Assembly: GCA_038087875.1 (NCBI GenBank)
Contig: CM075997.1
Location: 2,172,001 to 2,236,000, forward strand
From: Malacoraja senta
Taxonomy: Eukaryota
DNA: 64,000 bases
Direction: 5' to 3'
Part shown: piece after piece, positions 13,107-27,100 of the stretch
Layout of the letters: each line of letters starts with the position of its first letter
How positions within the stretch are numbered: the first letter of the stretch is position 1
Made by a program: the position numbers and the translations under genes
Notes under the pieces: model-generated
The model's input: the letters and a program-made list of their open reading frames with translations, nothing else
Database searches by the model: none
Told to the model about the DNA's origin: nothing

Positions 13107-14714
13107 TTAAGATCCCAGCACTGTAAATATTGGCAGCAACGAAAATAATTTTCCTCAACTTATGGAAGGAATCAAAATCAAAACAATAACAAATACTGAA
13201 ACTAACTGGTTATACACAATTTACAATGCTGACCCATTCATTATTTCTGCTCTCAATTACGAAACCTACAGCATGGAAACACGCCCTTCAGCCCTCCGAG
13301 TCTGTGTCGGCCATTAACTATCAATCTGCACCAACCCTACATTGTTTCCATCCTTATGTGAGTTGTACAGCACAGAAACAGGCCCTTCAGCCAAACTTGT
13401 CCATACCAACCAAGAATCCCCATCTACACTAGTTCCATATCCCTCTAAACCTTTCCTATACATGTACCTGTCCGAATCTCTTTTAAAGTTGTTATAGTAC
13501 CTGCCTCAATTACCTCCTCTGGCAGCTTGTTCCATACACCCACCGCACTATGTGAAAATGTCACCCCTCAAGATTCCCATTAAATCTTTCCCTCTCACCT
13601 CAAACCGATGTCCTCTGGTTCTTGATTCCCCTACTCTGAGTGAAAGACTGTGTACTCACTCTCTATTCTAATTCTCTCCCCACAATCTCATCAACAGCAT
13701 CTTAGGTGAGGATTAAACATGGGTCACTGGTGCGGTCTTGAGCAGCTCTATAGCTGTGCCACCAGAAGTGTATTCATTCAAATGGGATTGAAGGTGCAGG
13801 CTACTGTAACGTTTGATGTTGTGCAACACATTGGGGGGGGGGGGGTGAAAGTGTGGTGTTCACAGGCGACAGGGCGGCACGGTGGCTCAGCGGGAGAGTT
13901 GCTGCCTTACAGTGCCAGAGACCCAGGTTCCATCCTGACTATGGGTGCTTGTCTGTACGGAGTTTGCACATTCTCCCCGTGACCTGTGTGGTTTTCTCCC
14001 ACACTCCAAAGACGTATCGGTGTGTAGGTTAATTGGCTTGGTATAAATGTAAATTGTCCCTAGTGTGTGTAGGATAGTGTTAGTGTGCGGGGACCACTGG
14101 TCGGCACTGACTCGGTGGGCTGAAGGGCCTGTATGTCTAAACTAAATTAATCTGGAAGGTAGACAAAAATGCTGGAGAAACCCAGCGGGCGAGGTAGCAT
14201 CTATGGAGCGAAGGAAATAGGCAATGTTTCAGCCCAAAACGTTGCCTATTTCCTTCGCTCCATAGATGCTGCCTCACCCGCCGAGTTTCTCCAGCATTTT
14301 TGTCTACCTTTGATTTTCCAGCATCTGCAGTTCCTTCTTAAATAAATTAATCTGGAATTGCTCAATCATTTCTCTCACAAGTTCAGAAAGAAATGTTGCT
14401 GCTTCTGTGGTCAATTATGTTTGCAAGGACCTTCTGAGGTATGGATGGGGCATCTTGGTCGGTAGGTTAGTTTGCCAGCTCACTATCTCTAGATGGGATG
14501 TTAGTGGGTGAATAGATGGTGTACAAAAACACCTATGACTAATCACAAGTTGTTACTATTCACTGATACAAGTCCTGATCAGAGCCTGTAGAAAGTGAGG
14601 AGATGAACCAGATAAAAAGTTTACAGACAGCTGCACACAAAAGAATGAAACAAGCCAAAATTGCATCTCACAGCCATGCAGAATTGAGGTACAATTGCAG
14701 ATTCTTTCAAAAGC

Positions 14715-16893
14715 CTTTTACCAAATAGGATTTATTTGATATTCACATACGTTGTATAGATCTGCTTATAGCACCTTTACAGAGCACAATCGATGTTAAG
14801 AACATACACGCACCTTATATAAAAGCCCGGTAAGCAGCATATACGGATAGAGTTGTGGAGTAGGGATAATGGTGACAACTACAGAACCGCATCAACATTC
14901 ATAACATCCAGACCAAACCAGGTCCAATTCAGGCTTTGAAATTCAACTTCAAGAAGTTGTCACAGAGAGGAAGGTACAAGTGGGTATGGAAGAGTCGTAC
15001 TGCCAACTCTACGCTAAGTCTCTAGCTAGACAACAAACTTCTTTACAAATCTAATTATGGACAAGCTACAGCTTGTTTGGAAGAAACCAGGCTAATCTCT
15101 CAGCCAGTTAACAAAGCTAACCTACAGATCCCTATAAGGGTCATGCTTACAATTCAAGGTTCGAAGCATCAAGGCCTGAACCCGTCCTCATCACAAGTCT
15201 TGTTGGACAACTAGTACAGTTCTTTAAAATCTTACGAGATCTAAAAAAAAGTATTTTATAATAATTTAAAGCTGTCTTAAACAAAGCGGTGAATAACTTT
15301 ACATGGCAAAGTTATAGTGACCTTTTTTTTGGTACAGAAATTCAATTAAAAAATAAACAGAATTTTCACAGGGCGAATTTAACTGGGTGGCAAATCCAAA
15401 TGGAATATTTGAGGTTCGTCTCATTGTTATCATTCATGCTGTGTGGCCAGCTATTCAACGACATGGCCAATTTAGTGAGCATGTTTCTGGACTCAACAAC
15501 AGAGTTCTGTGCTCAGAATCATCGCCAACTCTGATCCTTCCCAACTCAGAGCTGGGTTGGAACATCAAAGCCACCACAACAACCAGCACACTGGGATTTC
15601 TAGGGCAAGTTTGAAAAATAATTTCTCAGCCGTCATCATTTTTATCCTTCCCCACCCCTCTCACAAGTGCCCTGGAGGATTCCCTATACAGGAAATAATT
15701 CAAAATGCCAGTCGGACTGAGAACTTAAGACTCCAGACGCATGATCTAAAACATTACACGTGTGGCTGCATTTGCAAGAGACACTCTCACGCAATCAAGG
15801 CTGCCTCCCTCAGAATCCATTTGGGAGAATTTCAAAATGCACAGAATTCATCGTTATATTGAAAAATACATAGCGTGTGGCGCTATGGGGCCCCCAATGT
15901 AATGCAAGGATGAGCAAAACCCACTGCTATTTATTATAGTTGTTAACTCACTACACATTCTACTTTTCTTCACCCTCACCTCCCGTCCCACCATTTTACA
16001 CAGTAAGCCAGATGGGGGATTAAAAAGGAAGTGCAGATGCTGGTTTATACCAAAGATAGAAACAAAATGCTGGAGTAACTCAGCCGGTCAGGCAGCCTCT
16101 CTGGAGAAGCCAGATGACGGGTTGCTTCACAAGGGCACGGCATGTCATGGCACACACCATGATGCTGCAGGCTTCTATTAAAGCCACAAAGTATAACGCG
16201 GCTTTAATTTAAAAACCCCAATAAGCTCAGTTTTTCCTTTGGGCAAAAATACCGATTGAAAAATGCAAATATATTTAAAGTTTCACGTTAGGAACACCCA
16301 ACATCAAACGATTTAGCTACTTTTTTAAAAGTGTTAAAATGGAGGAAAGATATCTCTTAACCATTAGTTTTAGAACCAGTACTAAATGCAGGTGAAAGTG
16401 GCTGGCCTTCGTTACTATATCTTAAATTAAGATTTAAAATTATTTTGGTCAGGCATGGATGTCTTATATCTTACAAATACACAGCCCAACAGCCCTTCTT
16501 TATCTGTGTGCAGTTTATTTTAAATTGCCCAAGTGTTGATAAAATGGCATTTTGACTGTTTTGCTTAGTTCTAATTTGAGTCTTGTCCTTACCAACAACA
16601 ACCCTCTTCCCCTTTGCACGGTGCTGGTGGCATTCCATAGAGTTCAAACAATTTCACAAACTTGAGGGGAAAAGTCGCAGGTTTAAAAAGTCCATTCAAT
16701 AATGTGATCGGTGAAAGCTTCTAACATAAAATAGCTTTTACGCTATTGCAAAAAAAGTCACATCACAAAGAATGTTTTGCACATTCTTTTTTTTCTTCTG
16801 CATTTTGTAAAAAAAAGTGTCCAAATGTCAAATCCTTTCCATTAGTTTTCAGATTGCAAGGTAATTCAATGTCTGTAACATACTTCCGAGCAA
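14715..16893 (-). other. Probable TMEM87 3' UTR with candidate AATAAA signals near 16514-16519 and 14731-14736
   Basis: AT-rich, almost transposon-free 2.2 kb after the stop; TTTATT on + strand at those sites. The true end is uncertain. Confidence 0.5.
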
Positions 16894-16935
16894 TTATTCC
16901 ATTTTGGAGATCTCAAATTTGGTGTTCATTATTTC
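16894..16935 (-). CDS. TMEM87A-like: TMEM87 exon 21 coding part ([13 protein letters not shown])
   Basis: tgtttcag acceptor, terminal SKME then TAA. Confidence 0.93.
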   Translation of the reverse strand, partial: EIMNTKFEISKME

Positions 16936-19900
16936 CTGAAACAAGAGAGACAAAAATGTATTTATGTAATAAATTGAATTTGAATTGAATTTCCTTTATT
17001 GTCATTCAAACAATAGTTTGAACGAAATTGCAGTCAAGACAGAAAAAAAGCAACAAAACACACAATGAACACGATTTAACACAAACATCCATCATGCAAT
17101 ATTTAAATTAATTCCACCTGAATTGAAGATTAGAAAAAAACAATAAAACAAGCAGCAAGGTGGCGCAGTGGTAGAGTTGCGGTCTCACAGCGCCAGAGAC
17201 ACGGGTTCGATCGTGACTACGAATGCTTCTGTACGAAGTTTGTACGTTCTCCCTGTGACCTGCGTGGGTTTTCTCCGGGAGTTCCAGTTTCCTCCCACAC
17301 TCCAAGGACGTACAGGATTGTAAGTTAATTTGCTTGCCATAATTGTTCATTATCCCAAGGATAGTGTTGGTGTGTCTTGGTCAGCACGGACTCAGTGGGC
17401 TGTTGGGTCGGTTTCCACGCTGCATCTCTAAAATGAACTCTAAACTAAACTTAAATACATGAAATTTGAATTGAAAACAGAAAATGCTGGAAACACTCAG
17501 CAGGCCAGGAAACACAGGAGGCAAGAGAAACAGGGTGAATGTTTCAGGCCAAAGACAGTTCATTAGGACTAGGATAGAATGCAGAGTCACCCAGAATAGG
17601 GGCAATTAAAAACAAGGGGACATAGGTTTACAGGAAGAGGGGAAACATTTAATAGGAGCTCGAGGGGCACCTTTTCCACACAGAGGGTGGTGGGTAAATG
17701 GAACGAGCTGCCAGAGGAGGTAGTTGAGGCATGTATTACAACAGCATTTAAAAGACATTTGGACAGATACAGGGATAAGAAAGGTTTGGAGGGATGTGGG
17801 GAAAAAAGAGGGCAGGTGGGAGGAACGTAAATGGGACATCTTGGTCTGCATGGGCAGGTTGGGCCAAGGGGCCCGATTCTGTGCTGGATGACTATGATAC
17901 TAAGAAGTAAATCTAGTTTTAGTTTGCAGAGAAGATGGTGGCAAGAAGAATGACTAGGATGTAGCCAAGGTTACTGTGGAGATGAGCAAACTAATCAAAT
18001 GGGTCAATGAGTTAGAGATGATTCTTTACCTCTGTGGTGTTGCTAATAGCAGAGCCATGGGCCATGCCAGCATGTCAGGCAGGGAGAAAATCAGAGCCAC
18101 TATTTTTAGTCAGAGGGTGGTGAATCTGTGGAATTCATTGCAACAGAAGGCTGCGATTGCCAAGTCAATGGATATTTTTCCGGCAGAGATAGGTAGATTC
18201 TGGATTAGTACGGTATCAGGGGTTATGGGGAGAAGGTAGGAGAATCGGGTTAGGAAGGAGAGATAGATCAGCCATGATTGAATGGTGGAGTAGACTTGAT
18301 GGGCCAAATGGCCTAATTTTGCTCCTATCACTTATGAACACTGCCAGGGACAAACACAGGAAAAATGAGACTGACGCAGGTGGACAACATGGGCAAGTTG
18401 GGCCAAAGAGCCTGTTTCTATGCCGCATAACTCTCTAACCTAGATTGTTGACTTACAACAGAAACGGCAAGTGTTGATGCAGACAGGAAGTGAGTTACTC
18501 AGCATTGGAGAATATTGTGCATGGAAGGCTGCAATATGTCTAGCGAGATTGGGTGTTGTTCATCACGCTTGCTCTGGGTTCAGTGTATCAGTGCAGGAGG
18601 CTACAGCTACAGAGATTAGATTGGAAGTGTAATGGGGAATTAAAATGTCAGGCAACCAGAAGCCCAGGATCATCCCCACAGACTGAAAGTAATGTGATCC
18701 CCAATCTGTCTTTGCGAACCTCCGCTCGGTTCGCAATAACCAACCTGATCTCCCTGTGGCTCAGCACTTCAACTCCCCCTCCCATTCTGAATCCGACCTT
18801 TCTGTCCTGGACCTCCTCCATGGCCAGAGTGAGGCCCACTGTAAATTGGAGGAGCAGCACCTCATATTTCGCTTGGGTAGTTTACACCCCAGCGGTATGA
18901 ACATTGACTTCTCCAATTTCAGGTAATCCCTGCTTTCTCCTTCTTTCCCCTCCCCTTCCCAGCTCTCCCACAGCCCACTGTCTCCACCTCTTCCTTTCTT
19001 CTTCCCGCCCCCCCCCCCCCACAGCAGTCTGAAGAAAGGTCTCGACCTGAAACATTGCCTATTTCCTTCACTCCATAGATGCTGCCTCACCCGCTGAGTT
19101 TCTCCAGCATTTTTGTCTACCCCCAATCTGTCTTTGGTTTCTCCAGTGTAAAGGTACTCGCATTAGACTGAATAGAATATTCTAGAATACTGAATAGAAT
19201 ATTCTAGATTGGATTATTCCCTTTACAACTCCCTAGCCTGTTCTTCATTGTTTATTATATCATCTATTGAGAACCATGTTTAAAATCCTGTTGTGTTGCT
19301 ACAAGTAAGAATTTAATTGTTCTGTTTCACTAGTAGTAGGCCCCTCTTGGTCATGACTGACCATGGGTGATGCATCCTGGTCGGATGCAAGCCAGGGCGA
19401 TGTCATATGGAGGACAGGCTGTTGCCCATGCAGCACGTCCCCCCTCTCCACGTCCCTGATCGATCCAAAGGAACAGCAGGGCCGTTACAGTTTGGCACCA
19501 GCGTCGTCGCAGGAGCTGCCAGAGCGAGGTTGTAGACAACGACGAACTGCCTTAGAGGCTCCGACTCCGGATTTTCTTGAGGTTTACTCCTGGAGCCTTT
19601 TCCATGACTGGATATGGCCACAAGGCAGTGGAGGTTTTAAATCAGAGTTTTCCCTCTTCTAGATGGACTGCCTTCCCAGGCTGACGAGCCCCATCTGCCC
19701 GAGACTCGTGGTGGCGGGAGCTTCTACTTTCCCGTGCAGGTCTATAGAACCTGCCCACGGCCCACAATGTTTCGGTACACGTGGCATTATAAACACTCTT
19801 GACTCTTGGTCAAAAGTGGACATTGCAGGATATAGACCCAGACACAAAGCACCTTTCCAAACTTGCTAAGCTTGAGAGTTAAATATGGCATAAAGCTACT

Positions 19901-21076
19901 GGACAAGAGCTCCATCTAGAACAGTTAACAGCCTGAAAGGCGAGTTATAAAATGTAGTAATATTACCTCGTCTGAATCCAACAAGGTTGGCAGCGCTCTG
20001 GAAAACAATAAACACAATTAAAAGGTAATGTCATTGCATTATAAGACTGTGCCTCAAGCAAGGAAGGGCAAGAGCTATTTAGTTAAAGGTTGCATTCATC
20101 CAATTCAAAATTAAATCACATATAACCTATATATTAAAAAAAAAACACTTTGCCATTGTTTGGATCTTGTCAGCTCCTTTATACAGTAATCGAGAGCTGG
20201 TAGCCCTCGACTGCCAAACAACCATCCCTCCTTTGAGACTAAGCAGCAAGTGTTGGAAGGATCTTTGATTGCAGGACGGTTCGTATTGGAATCTAACAGC
20301 ATTCTCTCACCTATAATTTCTTGCTGATCACCACCCAGTGACCAAGACCAGACTGCAGTGGGCATCGAGGTTAGCCCTCTTATATAACTGCCCGGCTAAA
20401 TGAGAACAAGAACCACAATATAACTGGCCAAGAGATCAATAATTCTACATATCTTTACAGTACTTGTATCAATACAGTACAGTGGAAGGATGAGGGGGGG
20501 GGGGGAAACGACCTAATTGAAACTTACCGGATAGTGAAAGGCTGAGATAGAGTGGATGTGGAGAGGATGTTTCCACTAGTGGGAGAGTCTAGGACTGGAG
20601 ATCATAGCCTCAGAATTAAGGACGTTCCTTAAGGAAGGAGATGAGGAGGAATTTCTTTAGTCAGAGGGTGGTGAATCTGTGGAATTATTTGGAGGGTTAT
20701 GGACCAAGCGCAGGCAAGTGGGACTAAGGTAGCTGGGACTAAGGTAGCCGGTGTGGGCGAGTTGGGCTGAACGGCCTGTTTCACACCGTATTATGACCTT
20801 ATGACTCTATGCTGCCATTGTTTTGTCAATTTAGAGAAACTTACACATCAGTTAGTGACGATGGGATATTCTCTTCAACCCATTTGAGGTCTTCATCCTG
20901 TGGAACAGCAAGCATGCGCATTAAGGCTCATACATTTAAATGTGGGAACAGAGTTAAAGGGAGAAGGGTGTAAAAGCAAAGATGCCAAGAGTTCAGACAT
21001 AAAGCTTCTCTGCAGACGCAGGGGCCATTCACATCCATCTAGCAATGAGTTGAAATATACACACACACACACATAT

Positions 21077-21109
<33 letters not shown>

Positions 21110-24100
21110 TTGCTGGACTACTTCCATCGTTGCCCCAACACTTTCCACAATCTTTCTCGCCACAATGCTGCACCTCACCCCAACACCCCTCCTGCTGGAA
21201 TAGAGCAGAGGTAAAGCCAAATGGGGAAATGTTTCCACATACACTGCCACCACTCTGGAACGAAGGACACTCCAACCTCCATCACCAAGTTGCAGTATTC
21301 AGATGATGGAGACACACGAGGCTGTAGATACTGGAATGATGAACAACACGCCAAGTGCTGGAGGAACTCAGCCGGTCCCAAGAAAGGTCCCGACAGAGTC
21401 TGAAACAAGGACCCAACCAGAAACATTGCCTGTTCATTCCCTCCGCAAATGCTACCAGACCCACTGAGTTCCTCCAGCTCTTTGTGTGTATTTAGAATTC
21501 AGACGCTGCTTGTGTGAGTACATGTCTGGAGGATGAGCTCTAAGTAATCATTGGTAGACAAAAATGCTGGAGAAACTCAGCGGGTGAGGCAGCATCTACG
21601 GAGCGAAGGAATAGGTGACGTTTCGGGTCGAGACCGTTCTTCAGACTTGTAATCATTGACTTGTTCACCGAAGCATGAGAGAATGGGCCTTACACTTAAC
21701 TACAAAAGGAAGGTCCTCTCCCAACCTGCACTATCACTTGCACTACCTCCACAACGCAACTCCCTGCTGCACAACAATAACTCCAACAATAAAGGTCCAT
21801 AACAACAACGTGGAAGACATCTTATATTTCAGTGCCCTCTCTCAAAGGCAGATAGAGAGAAAGGCCTGGATAGAGTGGATGTGGAGTGGTTATTTCCACT
21901 AGTGGAAGAGTCGAGGACCAGAGGCCACAGCCTCAGAATAGAAGGACGTACCTTTAGAAAGGTGATGAGCAAGAATTTCTTTAGTCAGGGTGGTGAATCT
22001 GTGGAATTCTTTGCCGCAGAAGGCTGTGGAGGCCGTCAATTGATATTTTTTACGGTGGAAATTGATAGATTCTCGATTATTATGGGTGTCTGGGGTTATG
22101 GGGAGAAGGCAGAAGAATGGGGTTGAGAGGAAAGATAGATCAGCCATGATTGAATGGGGGAGTAGACTTGATGGGCCGAACGGCCTAATCCTTCTCCTAT
22201 AAATTAACATTGCAGAAGATCGCCATCACCTATTGCGCATTTAGACAGCCTTTGCAATTTGGGGAGATGACTGACGATCAAGTGCATACTCAATCTGCCC
22301 AGCTTGCTTTTTTTTTTGTATATTTCAGAGTGATAGTATATGTACAGATCACCTCAAAGCACAGAAAACATAGCACCAGCACTGCCTCTGCAAAATCTTC
22401 CAAATCCACTGGCAGAATAAGTGAATCCATGCAGCAATCAATCCCATGCCAACACCCCTGACTTTACGGCTCTGATTACACTCAGTTGGCTCCAACAGGC
22501 AGACCACATTCTTGGCATTCCTGCCACGACTTCCGAAACCCCAAGAAAATAACCCACACTAAGAACTGAAGTTAATTCAACATACATAACCAATGTAATG
22601 AAAATCAAAGGTTCGCGACCAAAACTCAAAAGCTAAATACAGTACAACTCAAATAATCTACCATGGTTGTGATTTTGGTAGAAGCAGTCTAACACAGGCT
22701 TACATTTACTGGATGATATTCCTATTAATATGTTATATAGTTATATAATATCAAAAGAAATTCTCTTGACTATTTTAATTCATTTTTAATTTCCTAAGAA
22801 ATTGGAATTTGCACCACAAGTGTGATGAGCTTATACATGTTATAACAACAAATATTTGCCTGTTCTTTTAGATGTTATGCAGTTTTATGATATATTACAC
22901 AATGATCCAAGTAAGTTTAAAGTTTCGGCCCGAAACGTTGCCTATTTCCTTCGCTCCATAGATGCTGCCGCACCCGCTGAGTTTCTCCAGCAATTTTGTC
23001 TACCTTCGATTTTCCAGCATCTGCAGTTCCTTCTTGAACAAGTTTAAAGGGAGGGTGGGAAATCGGACCCTGACCAGTTTAAAAAGAGTGCAGGAAGCAG
23101 TGACCAACAAGTTGACAGGGAATGTGTCGGAAGGAACTGCAGATGCTGGTTTAAACTGAAGATAGAAACAAAATGCTGGAGTAACTCAGCGGGACAGGCA
23201 GCATCTTCGGATAGAAGGAATGGGAGATGTTTCGGGTTGAGACCCTTCTTCAGACTGAAGGGTCTCGACCCGAAACGTCACCCATTCCTTCTATCCGGAG
23301 ATGCTGCCTGTCCCGCTGAGTTACTCCAGCATTTTGGGTCTATCTTCAAGTTGACAGGGAAGTATGGGAACCACAGTCCCGGCACATGGAATGGAATCTC
23401 GGCAAACATTACCTGGTGAGCCAGATGCCAAACCATAGAGGCTTCCGAATAGCGGATTATCAGAGTTTTACTGGAATTAGTATTCACAGACTGCATGTTA
23501 ACAGTGAAAGCCAAACCTGCGTCTATGAACACTCACCATTCGGTTGGATTTGACTGTGCCATTAGACTCGGATTTTATTGTTCTGATCTTCATTCCCTCT
23601 GCAGAAAGTATATTAATATCAGTGGCCACAGAAAATTTGAGGTACATAGCTCAGAGAATAAAACTGCATACACATCACATAAATGCATTACCTAATATAT
23701 ATATATTTTTTTAAAGCTACCCGAGTTGAATAACTGTTAATAAGAAATTAATTTCACTATGCATTTGCACTTTGCACATGTGACAATGAAAGCACCATTG
23801 AAGAACTCCCCAGTAATAATAGACCAATCATTCCAAGCACATAATCTAACAATATTGTTAGTTATTTTTAATGTATCTATTAATTATTTTATTTAGTGCA
23901 GTAATTGTTTCATTAATATAAATGTACAATAAAGAGGGTTTTCCACTATTGCATCAACTTTCAGTTTTAATACTTTATAAGTGTCAACACCACTATAGCA
24001 TGGACAACCTGGCAGCCAATTTACCCAGAGCAAAGGTGCTACAGATGGCAATTGAATAATGACCAAGTAATCTATGCTGGTTGAGGATCAAACATTGGCA

Positions 24101-27100
24101 CTTTAACTAAATTGCTATTCCTTGCTAACGATGTGACCGCTGCCACTCCAATGACAGCCGCAGTACAGCTGCTGCCTCACAGCGCAAGACCCAGACTACA
24201 GGTGCGGTCGGTTCGTTCTCCCTGTGATGGTGTGGGTTTCCTCCGGGTGCTCGGGTTTCCTCCCACATGTCGGTTAATTGGCTTCTTTAAATTCCCCCAA
24301 GGATGTGAAAGTGGGATAACATAGAACTAGTGTACGGATCGGCGGTCGGCATGGACATGGTGGGCCAAAGGGCCTGCTTCCACGTTGCATCGCTAAATCT
24401 TAAAAATAAACTCAGCAGTTTCAAGTATTCTTGATGGGCTAAAAATATAAATTTCATATTTCTATCTCAGCAATAGACTTTGACAAACATCAAGGGGGGG
24501 GGGGGGACATTTTCTCGGCTTCAGGTTCAGTAAATAACAATTTGAAACTGTCATTAAGAGTGGGAAGGGGCAATATACACACATGAAGCTTTGTCACTAA
24601 GAATATGTAATGGCATGAATGTCACTCAGAAGGACGAAGGGCCCATGGGCAGTATCCAAGTCATGAGTTTTGTTGTGGTAACAAGGAACTTACACAAAAT
24701 AGCACAAAATTCGACAGTAACAGCAGGTCAGGCAGCATCTCTGGAGAACATGGATAGGTGAGAGAATGGAGCAGCTGGGCTTGTACGCACTGGAGTTTAG
24801 AAGGATGAGAGGGGATCTCATTGAAACATATAAGATTGTTAAGGGTTTGGACACGCTAGAGGTAGGAACATGTTCCCGATGTTGGGGGAGTCCAGAACCA
24901 GGGCCCACAGTTTAAGAATAAGAAGTAAGCCATTTAGAACGGAGACGAGGAAACACTTTTTTCTCACAGAGAGTCGTGAGTCTGTGGAATTCTCTGCCTC
25001 AGAGGGCAGTGGAGGCGGGTTCTCTGGATGCTTTCAAGAGAGAGCTAGATAGGGCTCTTAAAAATAGCGGAGTCAGGGGATATGGGGCGAAGGCAGGAAC
25101 GGGGTACTGATTGTGGATGATCAGCCATGATCACATTGAATGGCGGTGCTGGCTCGAAGGGCCGAATGGCCTGCACCTATTGTCTATTGTGATGTGACCT
25201 ATGTTCTCCAGAGATGTTGCCCGACCCGCAGAGTTACTCCAGCACTTTGTGTCCTTTCATGAGTTTTGATATTTAATATAGCAAATGCAAACTAGGGTAG
25301 TGACTTAAATGCAGTCATTGAGAGCTTCAAGGGTTAATGCAATGTCTGTATACTTTTAAATAACCAAGTATTAATAATAATTGTATTAAACTTTAGTTTG
25401 AGTAATTGCTTTGTCTGCTACATCAGTTGACTCATTATAGAGGGAGAGGGGCAACACACTATTGCCAGCTTCATGTCATTGCAATCTGAGCAACAATGCC
25501 TTATAGCCCTGTCCCATGGTACGAGTTCATTCCAAGAGCTCTCCCGAGTTAAAAAAAAATCAGACTCGTGGTAAGCACGGAGAATGAAGTAGCAGGTACG
25601 TCGGAGCTCGGGGACGTCTCTTAGCGGCTCATAATGCGAACGGCAGGTACTCGGGAAGACTCGCTAACGGCAGGTAAGCACGGGAAGACTTGTGAAGATT
25701 TTTCAACATGTTGAAAAATGTCCACGAGAGCCCCGAGTACCGATGAGTGGCCATTACCGTAAATCTCCGAGTTCGAATCAGGGCAAACTCTGGAGAGCTC
25801 TTGGAATGAACTCGTACCGTGGGACAGGGGTTTTAGGCCTGTACAAAAACGACTTATGAGGTGCTTTGGAATACTGAGCCGAGTAAATAAGAGAATATTT
25901 TTAATGCATGTCACAAGAACCGTCCAAACTCACCAAAAGCTTCACTGATCAACTGTTCCTCTTCCTCTTCCTCATCAATGTCATCTACCAAAGGAGAGTA
26001 AGCATATCTGAAAAATAGAGGATAGTGACCAGTCACTGTGCTGCACAGAATAACTAACGAGCAACTTCTAGGTTACGCTCATTGAAAACAAATATTCATA
26101 TAAAAATGGAAAAGCCCGAAAGCAGGGAATGGAACCATTGAAATCGTTGGCCCATACCAGCTCACTAAAGAGCTGCTCAATATTTACCCCCCCATGCTGT
26201 TTCTCAAAGTTCTGTAAATTATTCCTTTTGATATACTCAATTACCTTTTGAACGTTCTTACTACATTGAGTTCTATGCAGTGTTTCATGCAGCCTTTAGG
26301 CGAATAAATTCACATCTCCTGATTTTGTTGAATGTCTCAAAAATCTGTCCTCTCCGGTGACCAACCTTCCTGCTGGCAGAAACTCTTTCTTCTTATCACT
26401 TCTATCAAAAGCCTGCGATTATGAACACCTACATTAAATGACTTCTAAAACCTGGAGGAAGGAACTGCAGGTGCTGCTTTAAATCAAAGATAGACACAAA
26501 TTGATGGAGTAACTCAGCGGGACAGGCAGCATCTCTGGAGAGAAAGAATGGGTGACATTTCGGGTCGAGACCCTTCTTCAGACTGGACGTTTCGGGTCGA
26601 GACCCTTCTTCAGACATCTAAAACCTTCTTTGATTAAGAATTCACTAGTTTCACAGTCAGAATGAAATCTTTATTGCCATTGTTTCCTCTGGAAATACAC
26701 TGGTTAGAATCATAGAATTGTCACGAGAACATAAAAATGATATGATATAAAAAGCACAAAAGGGGGCCATTCAACCCACTGAGTCCATGCTAGCTTCTAG
26801 CAGAGCAATCCTGTCTGAACCTGTTCTTTTCCCCAGGTGTGCAAATTATTCTCCCTTGTGTATATCCAATTATCTTTCAAAAGCCCAAAGATTTGACTGC
26901 GTTTCCACGATCGCAACAAGCTTGGTTAGTCCCACAGCATAACAAACTTCTGCATGGAAATGTTTACCTCACCTTTTTTCCCAGATGTTGTGTTTCCCTT
27001 GATCCTTAAACTATCTACTAATACAAACAGCTTCCCTTGATTCACTCTATCACAGTAGTCATGGCTTTATAAACCCTTATTTTATTTTATTTTTAAAAGC

